From the NCBI GenBank assembly GCA_965223505.1, contig CBDCWP010000044.1, forward strand, positions 96,001-160,000: a stretch of 64,000 bases of DNA, given 5' to 3'. The stretch is from Planctomycetota bacterium. GTDB taxonomy: Bacteria; Planctomycetota; PLA2; JAEUHO01. Made by a program: the position numbers and the translations under genes. The notes below the pieces were generated by a model. The model was not told where the DNA came from. It worked only from the letters and a program-made list of their open reading frames with translations, and searched no databases. This document shows, in pieces, positions 41,909 through 51,641 of this stretch (within the stretch, counting starts at the first letter, position 1; every line of letters starts with the position of its first letter).

Positions 41909-43676
41909 ACCCGGTCTGGTCGTGGTCCTCGTCGCCGTGGGGTTGGCGTGCGCCGTCGGACTGCCGGGCGTTTGCGCGGGCGAGAAGCTCACGCCGCCGC
42001 CGCCGCCCGATCGCGGCTTCTACGTGCAGCATCTCGCGGCGTGGGTCGAGGACAAGTGCATGGACTGCCATCGCGGCGGCGGGGGCGCGCTTCGATTCGA
42101 CAAGCCTCGCGCGGGGCAGAGCGAGCTCGAGCGGCGGCGCTCGGACTTCGAACGCATCCGCGCGTTCGTCAATCCCAACGTGCCGTGGGAGAGCCGGCTG
42201 TACCTCAAGCTCTTGCATCCCGCGGACGGTGGCGACCCGCACGTCGGCGGTCCGTTCGTCGGCGTCGACGACGAGGAGCACGACACGCTGCTCGACTTCG
42301 TGTCCGGTGCGACGCTGAGCAATCTGCCGCCCGAGGTCTACCTGGGGGAGACGAGCATTCTCGCCAAACCGGGTGAGGAGGTCGTCATCGACGGCCGCGA
42401 CTCCTACGACCGCGATCGCGAGGACATGGACAAGCTCGTGTACTGGTGGGAGCTGTACGCGAAACCCCCGGGCTCGAGCGCACAGCTGCCCGACAAGCGC
42501 GCTTCGCGGTTCGTCTTCGAGCCCGACATGGGCGGCAGCTACGTGTTCCGATTGCGCGTGAGCGACGGCAAGGTCTGGAGCGCGCCCCGCGACGTCGCGG
42601 TCGAGGTCTTCCACCACGTCCATGCCGAGAAACGGGACCCGGGGGGCATCTCCGGGCTCGAGAAGCTCGATGTCGGTCGATTGCAGAGGATTCGCCGCTT
42701 GTATCTCGACGTCTACGGGCGCGGCCCGACGCCCAGCGAGGCGATCACCGAGAGCGGCAACGGCATCAAGCTGCTGGTGAGCACGATCCTCGTGCGGGCG
42801 GAGTCGGGTCGCGCCTGGTACCAGGCGCTGACGGCGCGCTACGGGCTCTACGGCGACCACCGCCCCGTCAGCGACGAGGCGATCGCGCTCCCGTTGCGCA
42901 TTCCGGCCGAGGTCACGCCGCCGGCCGTCGCCGAAGCGGTGTTGTTGCGCGACCCCGCGTTCCTGCGCAGACATCCCCCCGGCCGCGCCTTGGCGCATGC
43001 GCTCATCGGCCTGGGCCTCGGTCGCCCGCCGTCGGACGCGGAGGTGGCCGCGGCGATCGAGCTGGCGAACGAACGCGAGACCGAGATGCCGGGCCTCGGC
43101 CGCGTCGTGTCGTCGCGCGACTGGATCGAGAAGGTGCTGGCCTCGCCCGCGTTCGAGCACGCCGCGGTCGTGCGCCGCCTCGGCCGCTTCCTCGACAGCG
43201 GCGACGCGGCCTCCCGTTCCGGCGCGGCGCTGACCGCGATCCAGACCGGCGGCGGCGCCTGGCGCGCGTTCCAGGAGAAGATCCTGCTCTCGGAGGCGTA
43301 CCTCGGTCGCAAGCGCCTGCGTCCCAAGGACGACCTCACGTTCGTGCGCAGCCTCTTCTACGACCTCCTCGAACGCAAGCCGACCGACCGCGAGCTCGCC
43401 GCCATGCTGCACGCGGTCGGCCAGCTGCCCGGCCGCGGCGCCCCGCTCGCCGCGCTCGCGAAGGTGATGATCGACTCGGGCGACGTGCCGCTGCCGCTGT
43501 TGGTTCACATCAAGGACGCGCCGCGCTGGATCAAGGATCGTTTCCTGCGCTACCTCGGCCGGCCGCCGCGGGCGAAGGAGCTCGAGGCGTACGGGAAGGC
43601 GCTGCTGCATCCGTCCGGTGGGCCCTGGTTGGTCCTGCAAGGGTTGCTCACCACGCCGGAGTACGCGTGCCGATGA
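41895..43676 (+). CDS. Exported monoheme cytochrome c plus PKD/Ig-like plus DUF1549/1553-like protein
   Basis: Signal peptide; CMDCH...HVGG; IDGRDSYD.D...Y.W...YVFRLRVSDG (PKD-like); RRLYLDVYGRGPT and related repeated LGRPP...E helices. Confidence 0.65.
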   Translation: MTTRRPGLVVVLVAVGLACAVGLPGVCAGEKLTPPPPPDRGFYVQHLAAWVEDKCMDCHRGGGGALRFDKPRAGQSELERRRSDFERIRAFVNPNVPWESRLYLKLLHPADGGDPHVGGPFVGVDDEEHDTLLDFVSGATLSNLPPEVYLGETSILAKPGEEVVIDGRDSYDRDREDMDKLVYWWELYAKPPGSSAQLPDKRASRFVFEPDMGGSYVFRLRVSDGKVWSAPRDVAVEVFHHVHAEKRDPGGISGLEKLDVGRLQRIRRLYLDVYGRGPTPSEAITESGNGIKLLVSTILVRAESGRAWYQALTARYGLYGDHRPVSDEAIALPLRIPAEVTPPAVAEAVLLRDPAFLRRHPPGRALAHALIGLGLGRPPSDAEVAAAIELANERETEMPGLGRVVSSRDWIEKVLASPAFEHAAVVRRLGRFLDSGDAASRSGAALTAIQTGGGAWRAFQEKILLSEAYLGRKRLRPKDDLTFVRSLFYDLLERKPTDRELAAMLHAVGQLPGRGAPLAALAKVMIDSGDVPLPLLVHIKDAPRWIKDRFLRYLGRPPRAKELEAYGKALLHPSGGPWLVLQGLLTTPEYACR

Positions 43677-44806
43677 CCGTTCGCCGCCGCCAACCCTGGA
43701 TCGTCGTCGCGTTGCTGCTGGCGCTTTGCGGCGTGCCGCCCGCGGCGGACGACGCGCAGCCCGCGTACGTCATCGTCGTGATCTTCGGCGGCGGCGTGCG
43801 TCAGCAAGAGCTGCTCGACGAGAAGCTCATGCCGAACGTCGCCGCGTTGGCTGCGCAAGGCGTTGTCGTGGATCGCGTGCGCTGCGACGCGAGCAGCGCG
43901 TACGACGGCGCGACGCGCATCCTCACCGGCCGTGACGACGGCATGCCCGCCGCCAACCAACACCCCACGCAGCCGACGCTCATGGAATACGTCCGCGTCG
44001 CGACCGGGGTCGGACCGGAGAAGGTGTGGTTCGTGTCCTTCGAAGGCGAAGACCAGTTGCGACTCGCGCACTCGCTGCACACGGACTTCGGCCCGGCCGT
44101 GGGTCCCTCCGTCACGCACGGCATGGGGCCGTTCGGGCAGCCGCTGACCGGCTTCCTGGATCGCATGGGTCGGCCGGACCCGATGCCGGACGACGCGTGG
44201 ACGCTTTTGCGCGCGTTGCGTGCCGACAACCGCCGCTTTGTCGCACGTTGGCTGCCGCGCGAGGTGCGCGCCGGCACGCCGGCGTCGGAGCGCGTCGAGC
44301 GCTCGCTGCTGCGCGAGATCGACCGGCGCTCGCTGCTGGTGCGCGGTCCGAACCCGCGCGACGAGCGTGCGTGGCGCTGTGCACTGACGGTCATCGGCGT
44401 GCACCAGCCGAAGCTCACCGTCATTCGACTCGGGGAAGCGGAGCAAGCCCAGAGCGGCGTCGCGGCGTATCGCAAGGTGTTGCGCGCCAACGACGGCGGC
44501 CTGGGCCGGGTTCGCCAGATCGTGGCGGCCGATCCGAAGATGGCCGACCGAACCCTCTGGGTGCTCACGGCCGATCACGGCCGCAACGAGAAGCCGAATG
44601 CGCGCGGCGGCTTCGACGCCGACGACGACAGCAAGAGCCACCGCGAGCTCTCCGTCGTGCTGAGCGGTCCGGGCTTGAAACCCCGCGGACGCATGAAGGG
44701 CAAGCGTCGGCTCGAAGACCTGTGCGCGACGGTCGCCGCGCTGATGGGGGTGCCGACGCCGCACGCGCAGGGCGCCGCGTGGACGCCGATCTTCGCGAAG
44801 CGCTAG
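43673..44806 (+). CDS. Exported alkaline-phosphatase/sulfatase-superfamily protein
   Basis: ATGA overlap; signal peptide; VIVVIFGGGVR..E...MPNV, TLWVLTADHGR, DLCATVAALMGV. Confidence 0.7.
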   Translation: MTVRRRQPWIVVALLLALCGVPPAADDAQPAYVIVVIFGGGVRQQELLDEKLMPNVAALAAQGVVVDRVRCDASSAYDGATRILTGRDDGMPAANQHPTQPTLMEYVRVATGVGPEKVWFVSFEGEDQLRLAHSLHTDFGPAVGPSVTHGMGPFGQPLTGFLDRMGRPDPMPDDAWTLLRALRADNRRFVARWLPREVRAGTPASERVERSLLREIDRRSLLVRGPNPRDERAWRCALTVIGVHQPKLTVIRLGEAEQAQSGVAAYRKVLRANDGGLGRVRQIVAADPKMADRTLWVLTADHGRNEKPNARGGFDADDDSKSHRELSVVLSGPGLKPRGRMKGKRRLEDLCATVAALMGVPTPHAQGAAWTPIFAKR

Positions 44807-44920
44807 GCGCTCTCTATCGAACCGAGCCCAGGCTCTGGACAGCCGGCCGCTGTCCACAGCGCGACCTACCATCTGCGAGGAACGATTCCCCTCGGGACGC
44901 GACGGCGCGCGGCGCTTGGC

Positions 44921-47716
44921 GTGCGCGTGGCGCTCTCGACTCGGGTACGATCGTCCCGAGAGAGAGTCACGATGAAGCTCACCCTCCCCGACAGCGTGGC
45001 CGGAACCCAGGATGCGATCTTCATCATGGAGGTCGAGTTCCCGATCGCCACGGTCGAGCGCAGCGTCGAGGTGACGACGTCCGGTCCGATCGAGGCCATG
45101 GATCTGCAAGGCAGCAAGGCCGGCGGGTCGTACCAGGTGCCGGTCGGTCTCGAGCGCTTGCACGTGCCGTTGCGCGTCGCCGCGTCCGGCGGAGCGGACG
45201 CATCCGTGCACGTGCGTTGCACCGAGGGACCCGAGGCGGGACAAGCCGCGTCACGTCCCGTACGACTCGAGGCGATCGCGGCCGCGCAGGGGAAGAGCAA
45301 GGGCGCGAAGGTGGCGCTCGCCGTCTTGTTGCTCGCGGCGCTCGGCGTCGGCGGCTTCGTGCTCGGGCCGAAGCTGCTCGGCGGTGCGCACGAGGTGCCC
45401 GAGGTGCAGGGCCGGTCGTTGGCCGAGGCGCGTCTGGCCATGTCGAAGGCCGGCTATCTGGTCAAGGCGACGCTGGAAACGGTGGACGACGCGAAGATGC
45501 ACGGCCGCGTGCTGCGAACGATCCCGTCGTCCGGCACGGGTCTCGACCGCGGCAAGACGGTCGAGGTCGTCGTCGGTCGATCGGGCGACGTGCTCGTCCG
45601 CGTTCCGAGCGTGGTCGGACTCGCGGACCGCGCCGCGGAGAACGCGATCACGACCGTCGGACTCCAGGCCGACGTCAAGTACGACCCTGCGCCTTCCGAC
45701 GCGATGGTGGACAAGGTCTTCAAGACCACGCCCGCCGCGGGCAAGTACGTCGCGCGCGGCGCGTCGGTCGAGCTCTGGGTCGGCACGAAACCGACCGGTA
45801 CGACGGAACCCGTGACGATTCCCGATGTGCCGGATCCGGGTGCGACCGATCCGGGTGCGACCGATCCGGGTGCGACCGATCCGGGTGCGACCGATCCGGG
45901 TGCGACCGATCCGGGTGCGACCGATCCGGGCACGACCGATCCGGGTGCGACCGATCCGGGTGCGACCGATCCGGGGACGACGGATCCGGGGATGGGCGCG
46001 CCGCTGGAGGGACAGGTCGAGGTGCCCGACCTCACCGGTCTCGAGCGCGAGCAGGCCGAAAAGGACCTCGTGCGTATCGGGCTCTACGCGATCGTCGATT
46101 ACGAAGAAGCGCCGGATGCCGCCATGACGGGCCGGGTGCTTCGCCAGTCGCCGGCGGCGGGAACGATGATCGACCCGACGGAGCAGGTGTTCCTGACCGT
46201 CGGCACCAAGCCCGACGACGGCGGCATGGAAGACCCCGCCAAGCCGGATCCGGGTACGACCGACCCGGGTGCGACCGATCCGGGCACGACGGATCCGGGT
46301 GCGACGGATCCGGGTGCGACGGATCCGGGTGCGACGGATCCGGGTGCGACGGATCCGGGTGCGACGGATCCGGGTGCGACGGATCCGGGTGCGACGGATC
46401 CGGGTGCGACGGATCCGGGTACGACCGATCCGGGTGCGACCGATCCGGGTGCGACGGATCCGGGAACGGCCGATCCGGGCAAGCCGGATTCCGGTACGAG
46501 CGATCCGGGGACGACCGAACCGAACCCCTGGGACGTACCCGCGCCCGGCGCGGGGACCACCGATCCGAGCGTCGAGGATCCGGGAACGACCGATCCGGGA
46601 ACCACGGATTCAGGTTCCACGGATCCGGGCGCCGGCGATCCGGGCGCGACCGCGCCCGGCGTCGCCGATCCCGACGACGGACCGAGCGAGAACACGGCGC
46701 CGGTTCCCGACCTCGTGGCCCTGAACCGGGACGAAGCCGAGGGCATCGTGCGGCGTGCGGGCTTCGAGGCCCGGATCCTGCTCGAGACCAACGACGACGT
46801 GGACGACGGCATCGTGCTCAGCCAGAACCCCGGCGCCGGCGAGCGCCTCGCGTTGGGTGAAGAGGTGGAAATCATCGTCGCGCGGCAACCGCCCGCCGAC
46901 GGCGTCTCGGTGCCCGACGTCATCGGGCTGACGCGCACCGATGCCGAGCGGCGCCTGCGCAAGCAGGGCTTTCTCGTGCGCGTGAGCTACGGGGGCGGCG
47001 GTACGCAGCCGCCGGGTCACGTCGATGCGCAGGCGCCCGAGCCCGGCGCTTCGGCCGAGCGGCGAACGTGGGTCGAGCTCGTCGTCATTCAGCGTGACGG
47101 GGGCGCGCCGCGCATTCCCACCGGCGGCCCGCCGCCGCGGATCGCGTCGGGGGAGGCCGCAGGCACGCCGCCCGCGCCGGACCCCGACGCCCTCGTGCGG
47201 CCGCCCGCCGTCGGAGACGGGGCCGCACGCGTGCCCGCGCCGACGCCGCGCGGCAACGCCGAACGCGCCGTGCGCCTCCCGCCGCGCGACGCGCCCAAGA
47301 CCGTGACCGTGCCGCACCTCGTCGACATGGAGGCGGAGACGGCGATCACCCTGGCGCTCGAAGCGGGGTTGATCCCCATCATCCAGGTCGATCGGACGAG
47401 CGAAGCGCCGCAGGGTCAGATCACGCGCCAACGACCCGCCTCGGAGACGATGGCGCTCCCGGGGGATCTGCTACGCCTGCGCGTCGGGATCGGTGACGGC
47501 GTCCTGGAGCGCATGGTCGACCTTCCGACGGTCGCCATGGTCAAGTTGACCACCGCGAAGCGCATGCTCGCGCGCCTGGGCGTTCGGGTGAACGTCGTCG
47601 AGATCGCCAACAAGAAGCACCCCTACGCCGGCACCAAGCGCGTCGCCGCGCAGTACCCGGTCTCGCTCGTACCGCGTTCGGCAGGCAACACGGTCACGCT
47701 CTGGATCGTCGAGTAG
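44921..47716 (+). CDS. Membrane-anchored multi-PASTA protein (7 PASTA domains) with DPG(A/T)T repeats; alternative start 44972
   Basis: One TM (VALAVLLLAALGVGGFVLG); seven VP.v.G....A...L...G repeats; no kinase domain. Confidence 0.85.
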   Translation: MRVALSTRVRSSRERVTMKLTLPDSVAGTQDAIFIMEVEFPIATVERSVEVTTSGPIEAMDLQGSKAGGSYQVPVGLERLHVPLRVAASGGADASVHVRCTEGPEAGQAASRPVRLEAIAAAQGKSKGAKVALAVLLLAALGVGGFVLGPKLLGGAHEVPEVQGRSLAEARLAMSKAGYLVKATLETVDDAKMHGRVLRTIPSSGTGLDRGKTVEVVVGRSGDVLVRVPSVVGLADRAAENAITTVGLQADVKYDPAPSDAMVDKVFKTTPAAGKYVARGASVELWVGTKPTGTTEPVTIPDVPDPGATDPGATDPGATDPGATDPGATDPGATDPGTTDPGATDPGATDPGTTDPGMGAPLEGQVEVPDLTGLEREQAEKDLVRIGLYAIVDYEEAPDAAMTGRVLRQSPAAGTMIDPTEQVFLTVGTKPDDGGMEDPAKPDPGTTDPGATDPGTTDPGATDPGATDPGATDPGATDPGATDPGATDPGATDPGATDPGTTDPGATDPGATDPGTADPGKPDSGTSDPGTTEPNPWDVPAPGAGTTDPSVEDPGTTDPGTTDSGSTDPGAGDPGATAPGVADPDDGPSENTAPVPDLVALNRDEAEGIVRRAGFEARILLETNDDVDDGIVLSQNPGAGERLALGEEVEIIVARQPPADGVSVPDVIGLTRTDAERRLRKQGFLVRVSYGGGGTQPPGHVDAQAPEPGASAERRTWVELVVIQRDGGAPRIPTGGPPPRIASGEAAGTPPAPDPDALVRPPAVGDGAARVPAPTPRGNAERAVRLPPRDAPKTVTVPHLVDMEAETAITLALEAGLIPIIQVDRTSEAPQGQITRQRPASETMALPGDLLRLRVGIGDGVLERMVDLPTVAMVKLTTAKRMLARLGVRVNVVEIANKKHPYAGTKRVAAQYPVSLVPRSAGNTVTLWIVE
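45833..45991 (+). repeat. 15-bp coding tandem repeat (GATCCGGGTGCGACC), about 10.5 units
   Basis: Directly visible; encodes DPGAT/DPGTT. Confidence 0.95.
46247..46480 (+). repeat. 15-bp coding tandem repeat (GATCCGGGTGCGACG), about 15.5 units, with degenerate copies to about 46650
   Basis: Directly visible; encodes DPGAT/DPGTT. Confidence 0.95.
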
Positions 47717-47762
47717 CGTCGTCCTTGCTGCGGCGCACGAGCATCCGCCGGACGAGCCGGAC

Positions 47763-47978
47763 CTACTCGTCGGACTTGCTTCGCAGTCCGGCGGTCGCCT
47801 GCATGACGCCGACCGCGAGCGCGCAGAGGCCGACGAGCACGATGAACACCAGCCCCGCGACGTTCCACGCGCGGACCTCTTCGAGATCGCCGTAGAGGAG
47901 CAGTCCCAGCACGCCGCCGATCACGACGCTCAACACCGCGCAAATCCAGAGCATGCGCTTCGCAAGGTCGTTGGTCAT
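47763..47978 (-). CDS. Small two-TM membrane protein
   Basis: MTNDLAKRMLWICAVLSVVIGGVLGLLL...VAGLVFIVLVGLCALAVGV; GGAGA upstream. Confidence 0.6.
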   Translation of the reverse strand: MTNDLAKRMLWICAVLSVVIGGVLGLLLYGDLEEVRAWNVAGLVFIVLVGLCALAVGVMQATAGLRSKSDE

Positions 47979-48075
47979 CTCGCGATCTCCGGTCTCGAGG
48001 TGCGAGAAGTGTAGCGCTTGCGCCCGTCGTGTTGGAGCGATTCGTTCACCTCGCGCAGTGGATCGGTTTGCGCCT

Positions 48076-49587
48076 TCACCTGTCTTCGGGGGGCGGAGGC
48101 GGAAGCCACGCACCGGCTTCGGGTCCCGCGGCCGCGTCCAGACCGCGACCTCCGCCGCGCCCGCGGCGTCCTCCGCGTCGGCGCCCGCGCCCGCCGCGAC
48201 GCCGGCCTCTCGGCTGCGGCCGTCGGGGTCCGCCCGGACGCGCCCCGGCCTCCTCGGCGCGCTTGCGCCAGGTCGAGGCCTCGTCGGTGCGCGCGTCCCG
48301 CGCCATGAGGTCGAGCTCGAACAGCTGCACCGCGTCGAAGAACGCCGGGCGGTGCAGCATCCGCCGTTGCGCCTGGGCCCGGTTGGGTGGATCGCGCAGC
48401 GATCCGAGCAGCCACAGCATCTCGCGCAGCCGCGCGGACACCGCGCGCGGGATGCTCATACGTTGCGCCACCGGACGGAACGTTTCCTCGACGTGGTCGT
48501 GGAAGGCGTTGAACCCCTGCCCGGGTGCTCGTCGCCACGTCTCGATCAGCCACGGGCCGAAGAGCACGGCGAGCGCAAGGGCGTCGGGCGCTTCGTGCGC
48601 TGCCAGTCCCCACCGATCCGCCGCGCCGAGCAGGTTCCACGTGGCGTGCGCCACGGTTGTCGTGACCGGCTCGCCCTTGCTGGCCTCCTCGTGGGTGCCG
48701 CCGCCGCGCCTCGGCCATTCCGCCGGCTCGTCCAGGTACGCGCACAGCTCGGGCAGCCAGTGGTCGAGCACCCCGAGGTCCCACAGCGCGCGCATCGTCT
48801 CGCGCGCGCTTCCGCGACCGAGGATCTTCGTCAGCTCGATGTACAGCCGCGCCTGGCTGGCGCGCTCGAGCAGTGCGGCGTGTTCGCGAATCGACGTCTC
48901 GAGCGAGGGCTCGATCTCGAAGTCCATTCGATGCGCGAAGTGAACCGCGCGCAACATGCGCACGGGATCCTCGTCGATGCGCACCTCGGGCACGCCGATG
49001 CAGCGCACGACCCCCGCATCGACGTCCGCGAGGCCGCCGACCCAATCGATCACCTCGTCGGCGACGGGGTCGTAGAAGAGCGCGTTGATCGTGAAGTCGC
49101 GCCGGTTGGCGTCTTCCGGCGCCGTGCCGAAGATGTTCTCGACGGAGTGCCGCCAGTCGCCGCGCCGGCCGTACGACGCATCGGCGTCGACGTCCTTCGC
49201 GTCGTGCTTGTCGGGATCGCCGCGAAACGTCGCGGTCTCCACGATGTAGTTGCCGGGAAAGAGGATGTGCGCGAGGCGGAAACGGCGTCCGATCACGCGC
49301 GCACTGCGGAACAGGCGCTTGATCCGGTTGGGCCGCGCGTCGGTTGCGACGTCGAAGTCCTTCGGTTCGAGCCCGGACAGCAGGTCGCGCACGCACCCGC
49401 CGACGAGATAGGCTTCGTGGCCGGACTGCTGTAGCCGGCGCACGACGAAGACGGCGCGGTCGTCGAGCAGCTTGCGGGGAATCAGCCCGGAGCGGACTTC
49501 GGGCTTCGAGGGCTCGTCCTCGTCCTTCCCGCCGTCCCCCGTGGCGTCAGCCGGCGGCTGGGCGTCCGTGTCGAGGTCCCTGTGCAT
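48076..49587 (-). CDS. pcnB: Poly(A) polymerase I (class II nucleotidyltransferase); start uncertain (49587 or 49617)
   Basis: VGGCVRDLL...KDFDVAT, PAP-specific VIGRRFRLAHI, RRDFTINAL, EDPVRMLRA; Arg-rich tail. Confidence 0.9.
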   Translation of the reverse strand: MHRDLDTDAQPPADATGDGGKDEDEPSKPEVRSGLIPRKLLDDRAVFVVRRLQQSGHEAYLVGGCVRDLLSGLEPKDFDVATDARPNRIKRLFRSARVIGRRFRLAHILFPGNYIVETATFRGDPDKHDAKDVDADASYGRRGDWRHSVENIFGTAPEDANRRDFTINALFYDPVADEVIDWVGGLADVDAGVVRCIGVPEVRIDEDPVRMLRAVHFAHRMDFEIEPSLETSIREHAALLERASQARLYIELTKILGRGSARETMRALWDLGVLDHWLPELCAYLDEPAEWPRRGGGTHEEASKGEPVTTTVAHATWNLLGAADRWGLAAHEAPDALALAVLFGPWLIETWRRAPGQGFNAFHDHVEETFRPVAQRMSIPRAVSARLREMLWLLGSLRDPPNRAQAQRRMLHRPAFFDAVQLFELDLMARDARTDEASTWRKRAEEAGARPGGPRRPQPRGRRRGGRGRRRGGRRGRGGGRGLDAAAGPEAGAWLPPPPPEDR

Positions 49588-49900
49588 GGAGCGACATGGT
49601 ATCCGCCGCGGCGCCAACGGTCGGATCCGGACCGTCCGTTGGGTAGTGGGTCAGTTTGCAGATCCGCGCGGGCATGCGGCTTGCCGGATGCTCGACGGCG
49701 CGTCGCCGACCGCTCCGCTCTCGTCCTTGCGTGGACTCCCACGCGGCGTCCTCGTCGGCTTTGCGGCGGCATGCCGACCACGACCGAGCGCTCCCTGAGA
49801 CGACTTCCGGCGGAGCCGATCTACCGCTTCGTCGGAGTGCCCCACTACCGTCCGTTGCTGCCACTACCACCTTCACGGCCCAGGTCCTATCCTGACGCCC

Positions 49901-50440
49901 ATGAACGGCCTCCGGTTCGCGCTCTTGCTGTCCGTCGTCGCGCTCGGCGCATGCGCCACGGTGACGAGCCTCGACGAGGAGCATGCGGCCCTCAACTCCC
50001 AGGAGCGCACCCTCGTGCGCGAACAGGCCGCGAAGGCGATCGAGGCCGGCGAGTGGGAGGCGGCCTGGGATCAGGAAGTCCACGCCGGGGCCGATCGGGA
50101 CCGGCTCGAGGACATCGCGTTCGGCGCGTTGAAGGACGAGAGCGGCTACGCCGAGTCGATGTACGCGGAGCTGCGCCGCAAGTGGGGCCCGCTCTCCGCG
50201 CGGTCCCGTGCGGCGATCGACACGCTCGTCGTCGATACGGTGGCCGAGCGCAACTGGGAGCGCGCGATGGACATCGAGATCATGACGGCGGACGACCCGC
50301 CGAAGCCCGGTGATCCCGTGGAGCGTACGACCCTGAGCAAGGCATGGGCGCTCTACCGCGCCGCCCCGCCCAACAAGGCGTCCGACCTGCGCGAGATGAT
50401 CCAGGATGCCCGCGACGAGGCATTGGAATCGGACGAATAG
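49901..50440 (+). CDS. Hypothetical lipoprotein
   Basis: Lipobox LGAC; helical body. Confidence 0.7.
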   Translation: MNGLRFALLLSVVALGACATVTSLDEEHAALNSQERTLVREQAAKAIEAGEWEAAWDQEVHAGADRDRLEDIAFGALKDESGYAESMYAELRRKWGPLSARSRAAIDTLVVDTVAERNWERAMDIEIMTADDPPKPGDPVERTTLSKAWALYRAAPPNKASDLREMIQDARDEALESDE

Positions 50441-50558
50441 TCGTCCGCGGCGGTGCTCGTGACGAACACGACGCATTCGCGCGGTACATCGACGCGTCGC
50501 GCACCCCCCGCGAGGAGACGACGTTGAACCGCCACGCGCCGCTCGCAATTCGAGGACT

Positions 50559-51539
50559 GTGTTGATCCGGCTGGCCGTCGCCGGCGCGGGGGATTGGGGA
50601 CGCAACCACGTTCGCGTGCTCGCCAACCTGCCGGGCGTACGACTGGATTGGATCGCCGATCCCGACGTGGGACGCTGGCCCGCGGCGCAGGCGCTCGCGC
50701 CGCGCGCGACGTGTGTCGGGGACGTCGGCGAGGCGCTGCACGACGACCGGCTCGATGGCGTGGTCGTCTCGAGTCCGGGCCCGACGCACGGCCGCGTGGC
50801 CCGTGCCGCGCTTCGCGCGGGCAAGCACGTGCTCGTCGAGAAACCGTTGACACCGACCGGCGAGGAGTCGTGGGACCTCGTGCGCCGGGCCCGCCGTGCG
50901 GACCGGCTGCTCGGCGTCGGGCACCTGCTTCTGTATCACCCGGCTGTGCGGGCGCTGAAGCGGGAGATCGACATCGGACGACTGGGTGCGGTTCGCTACA
51001 TGCACTGCCAGCGGACGAATCTGGGCCGAATCCGCCGCGACGAGGGCGCGCTGGTCAGCCTCGCGCCCCACGACATCAGCGTGATGGTGCACTTGCTCGG
51101 CGACTGGCCGGTGGGGGTGTCCGCAAGGGGCGCCGTCTGCGCCCAGCCGGAGTTCGAGGACATCGTGTTCGTCACCCTGCGCTTCGGCGGCGGCCGCCTG
51201 GGCAACATCCACCTCTCGTGGCTGGATCCCCTCAAGGTGCGCCGGATCAGTGTCGTGGGCGAGGGCCGCATGGCGGTCTTCGACGACATGAGCGACGACA
51301 AGCTGCGGGTCGTATCGCGCGTCGACGGAAGCGGCCCCATCCGCAACCGCGTCCGGCGTCCGCGGGTGTCGGCCGCCGAGCCGCTGCGCGAGGAGCTGCG
51401 TGCGTTCGTGAGCGCCATCCGCGACGGCGGGGACATGCCCACGCCCGGGGAAGACGGCGCCCGCGTCGTTCGCGTTTTGGAAGCCGCGCAGCGGTCGATC
51501 GACGCCGATGGGCGGGAGTTTCGGGTGCGAATCCGGTGA
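50559..51539 (+). CDS. Gfo/Idh/MocA oxidoreductase (WbpB/WlbA-like NDP-sugar dehydrogenase)
   Basis: GAGDWG, GKHVLVEKP, LAPHDIS, SWLDPLKVR. Confidence 0.9.
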   Translation: MLIRLAVAGAGDWGRNHVRVLANLPGVRLDWIADPDVGRWPAAQALAPRATCVGDVGEALHDDRLDGVVVSSPGPTHGRVARAALRAGKHVLVEKPLTPTGEESWDLVRRARRADRLLGVGHLLLYHPAVRALKREIDIGRLGAVRYMHCQRTNLGRIRRDEGALVSLAPHDISVMVHLLGDWPVGVSARGAVCAQPEFEDIVFVTLRFGGGRLGNIHLSWLDPLKVRRISVVGEGRMAVFDDMSDDKLRVVSRVDGSGPIRNRVRRPRVSAAEPLREELRAFVSAIRDGGDMPTPGEDGARVVRVLEAAQRSIDADGREFRVRIR

Positions 51540-51641
51540 TTCGGCCGCCACTTTTTGTGAAGATTCCAGAAGGGCGCGGGATACAGAGGCCCAAGCGTGA
51601 CGAAGGTCGCGCACCTTGAGGCCGACTTCAGGGCACCACAC

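Noticed and set aside
45833..46480. Tandem repeats as a CRISPR array
   Set aside because: Contiguous 15-bp in-frame units with no spacers, and no cas genes nearby.
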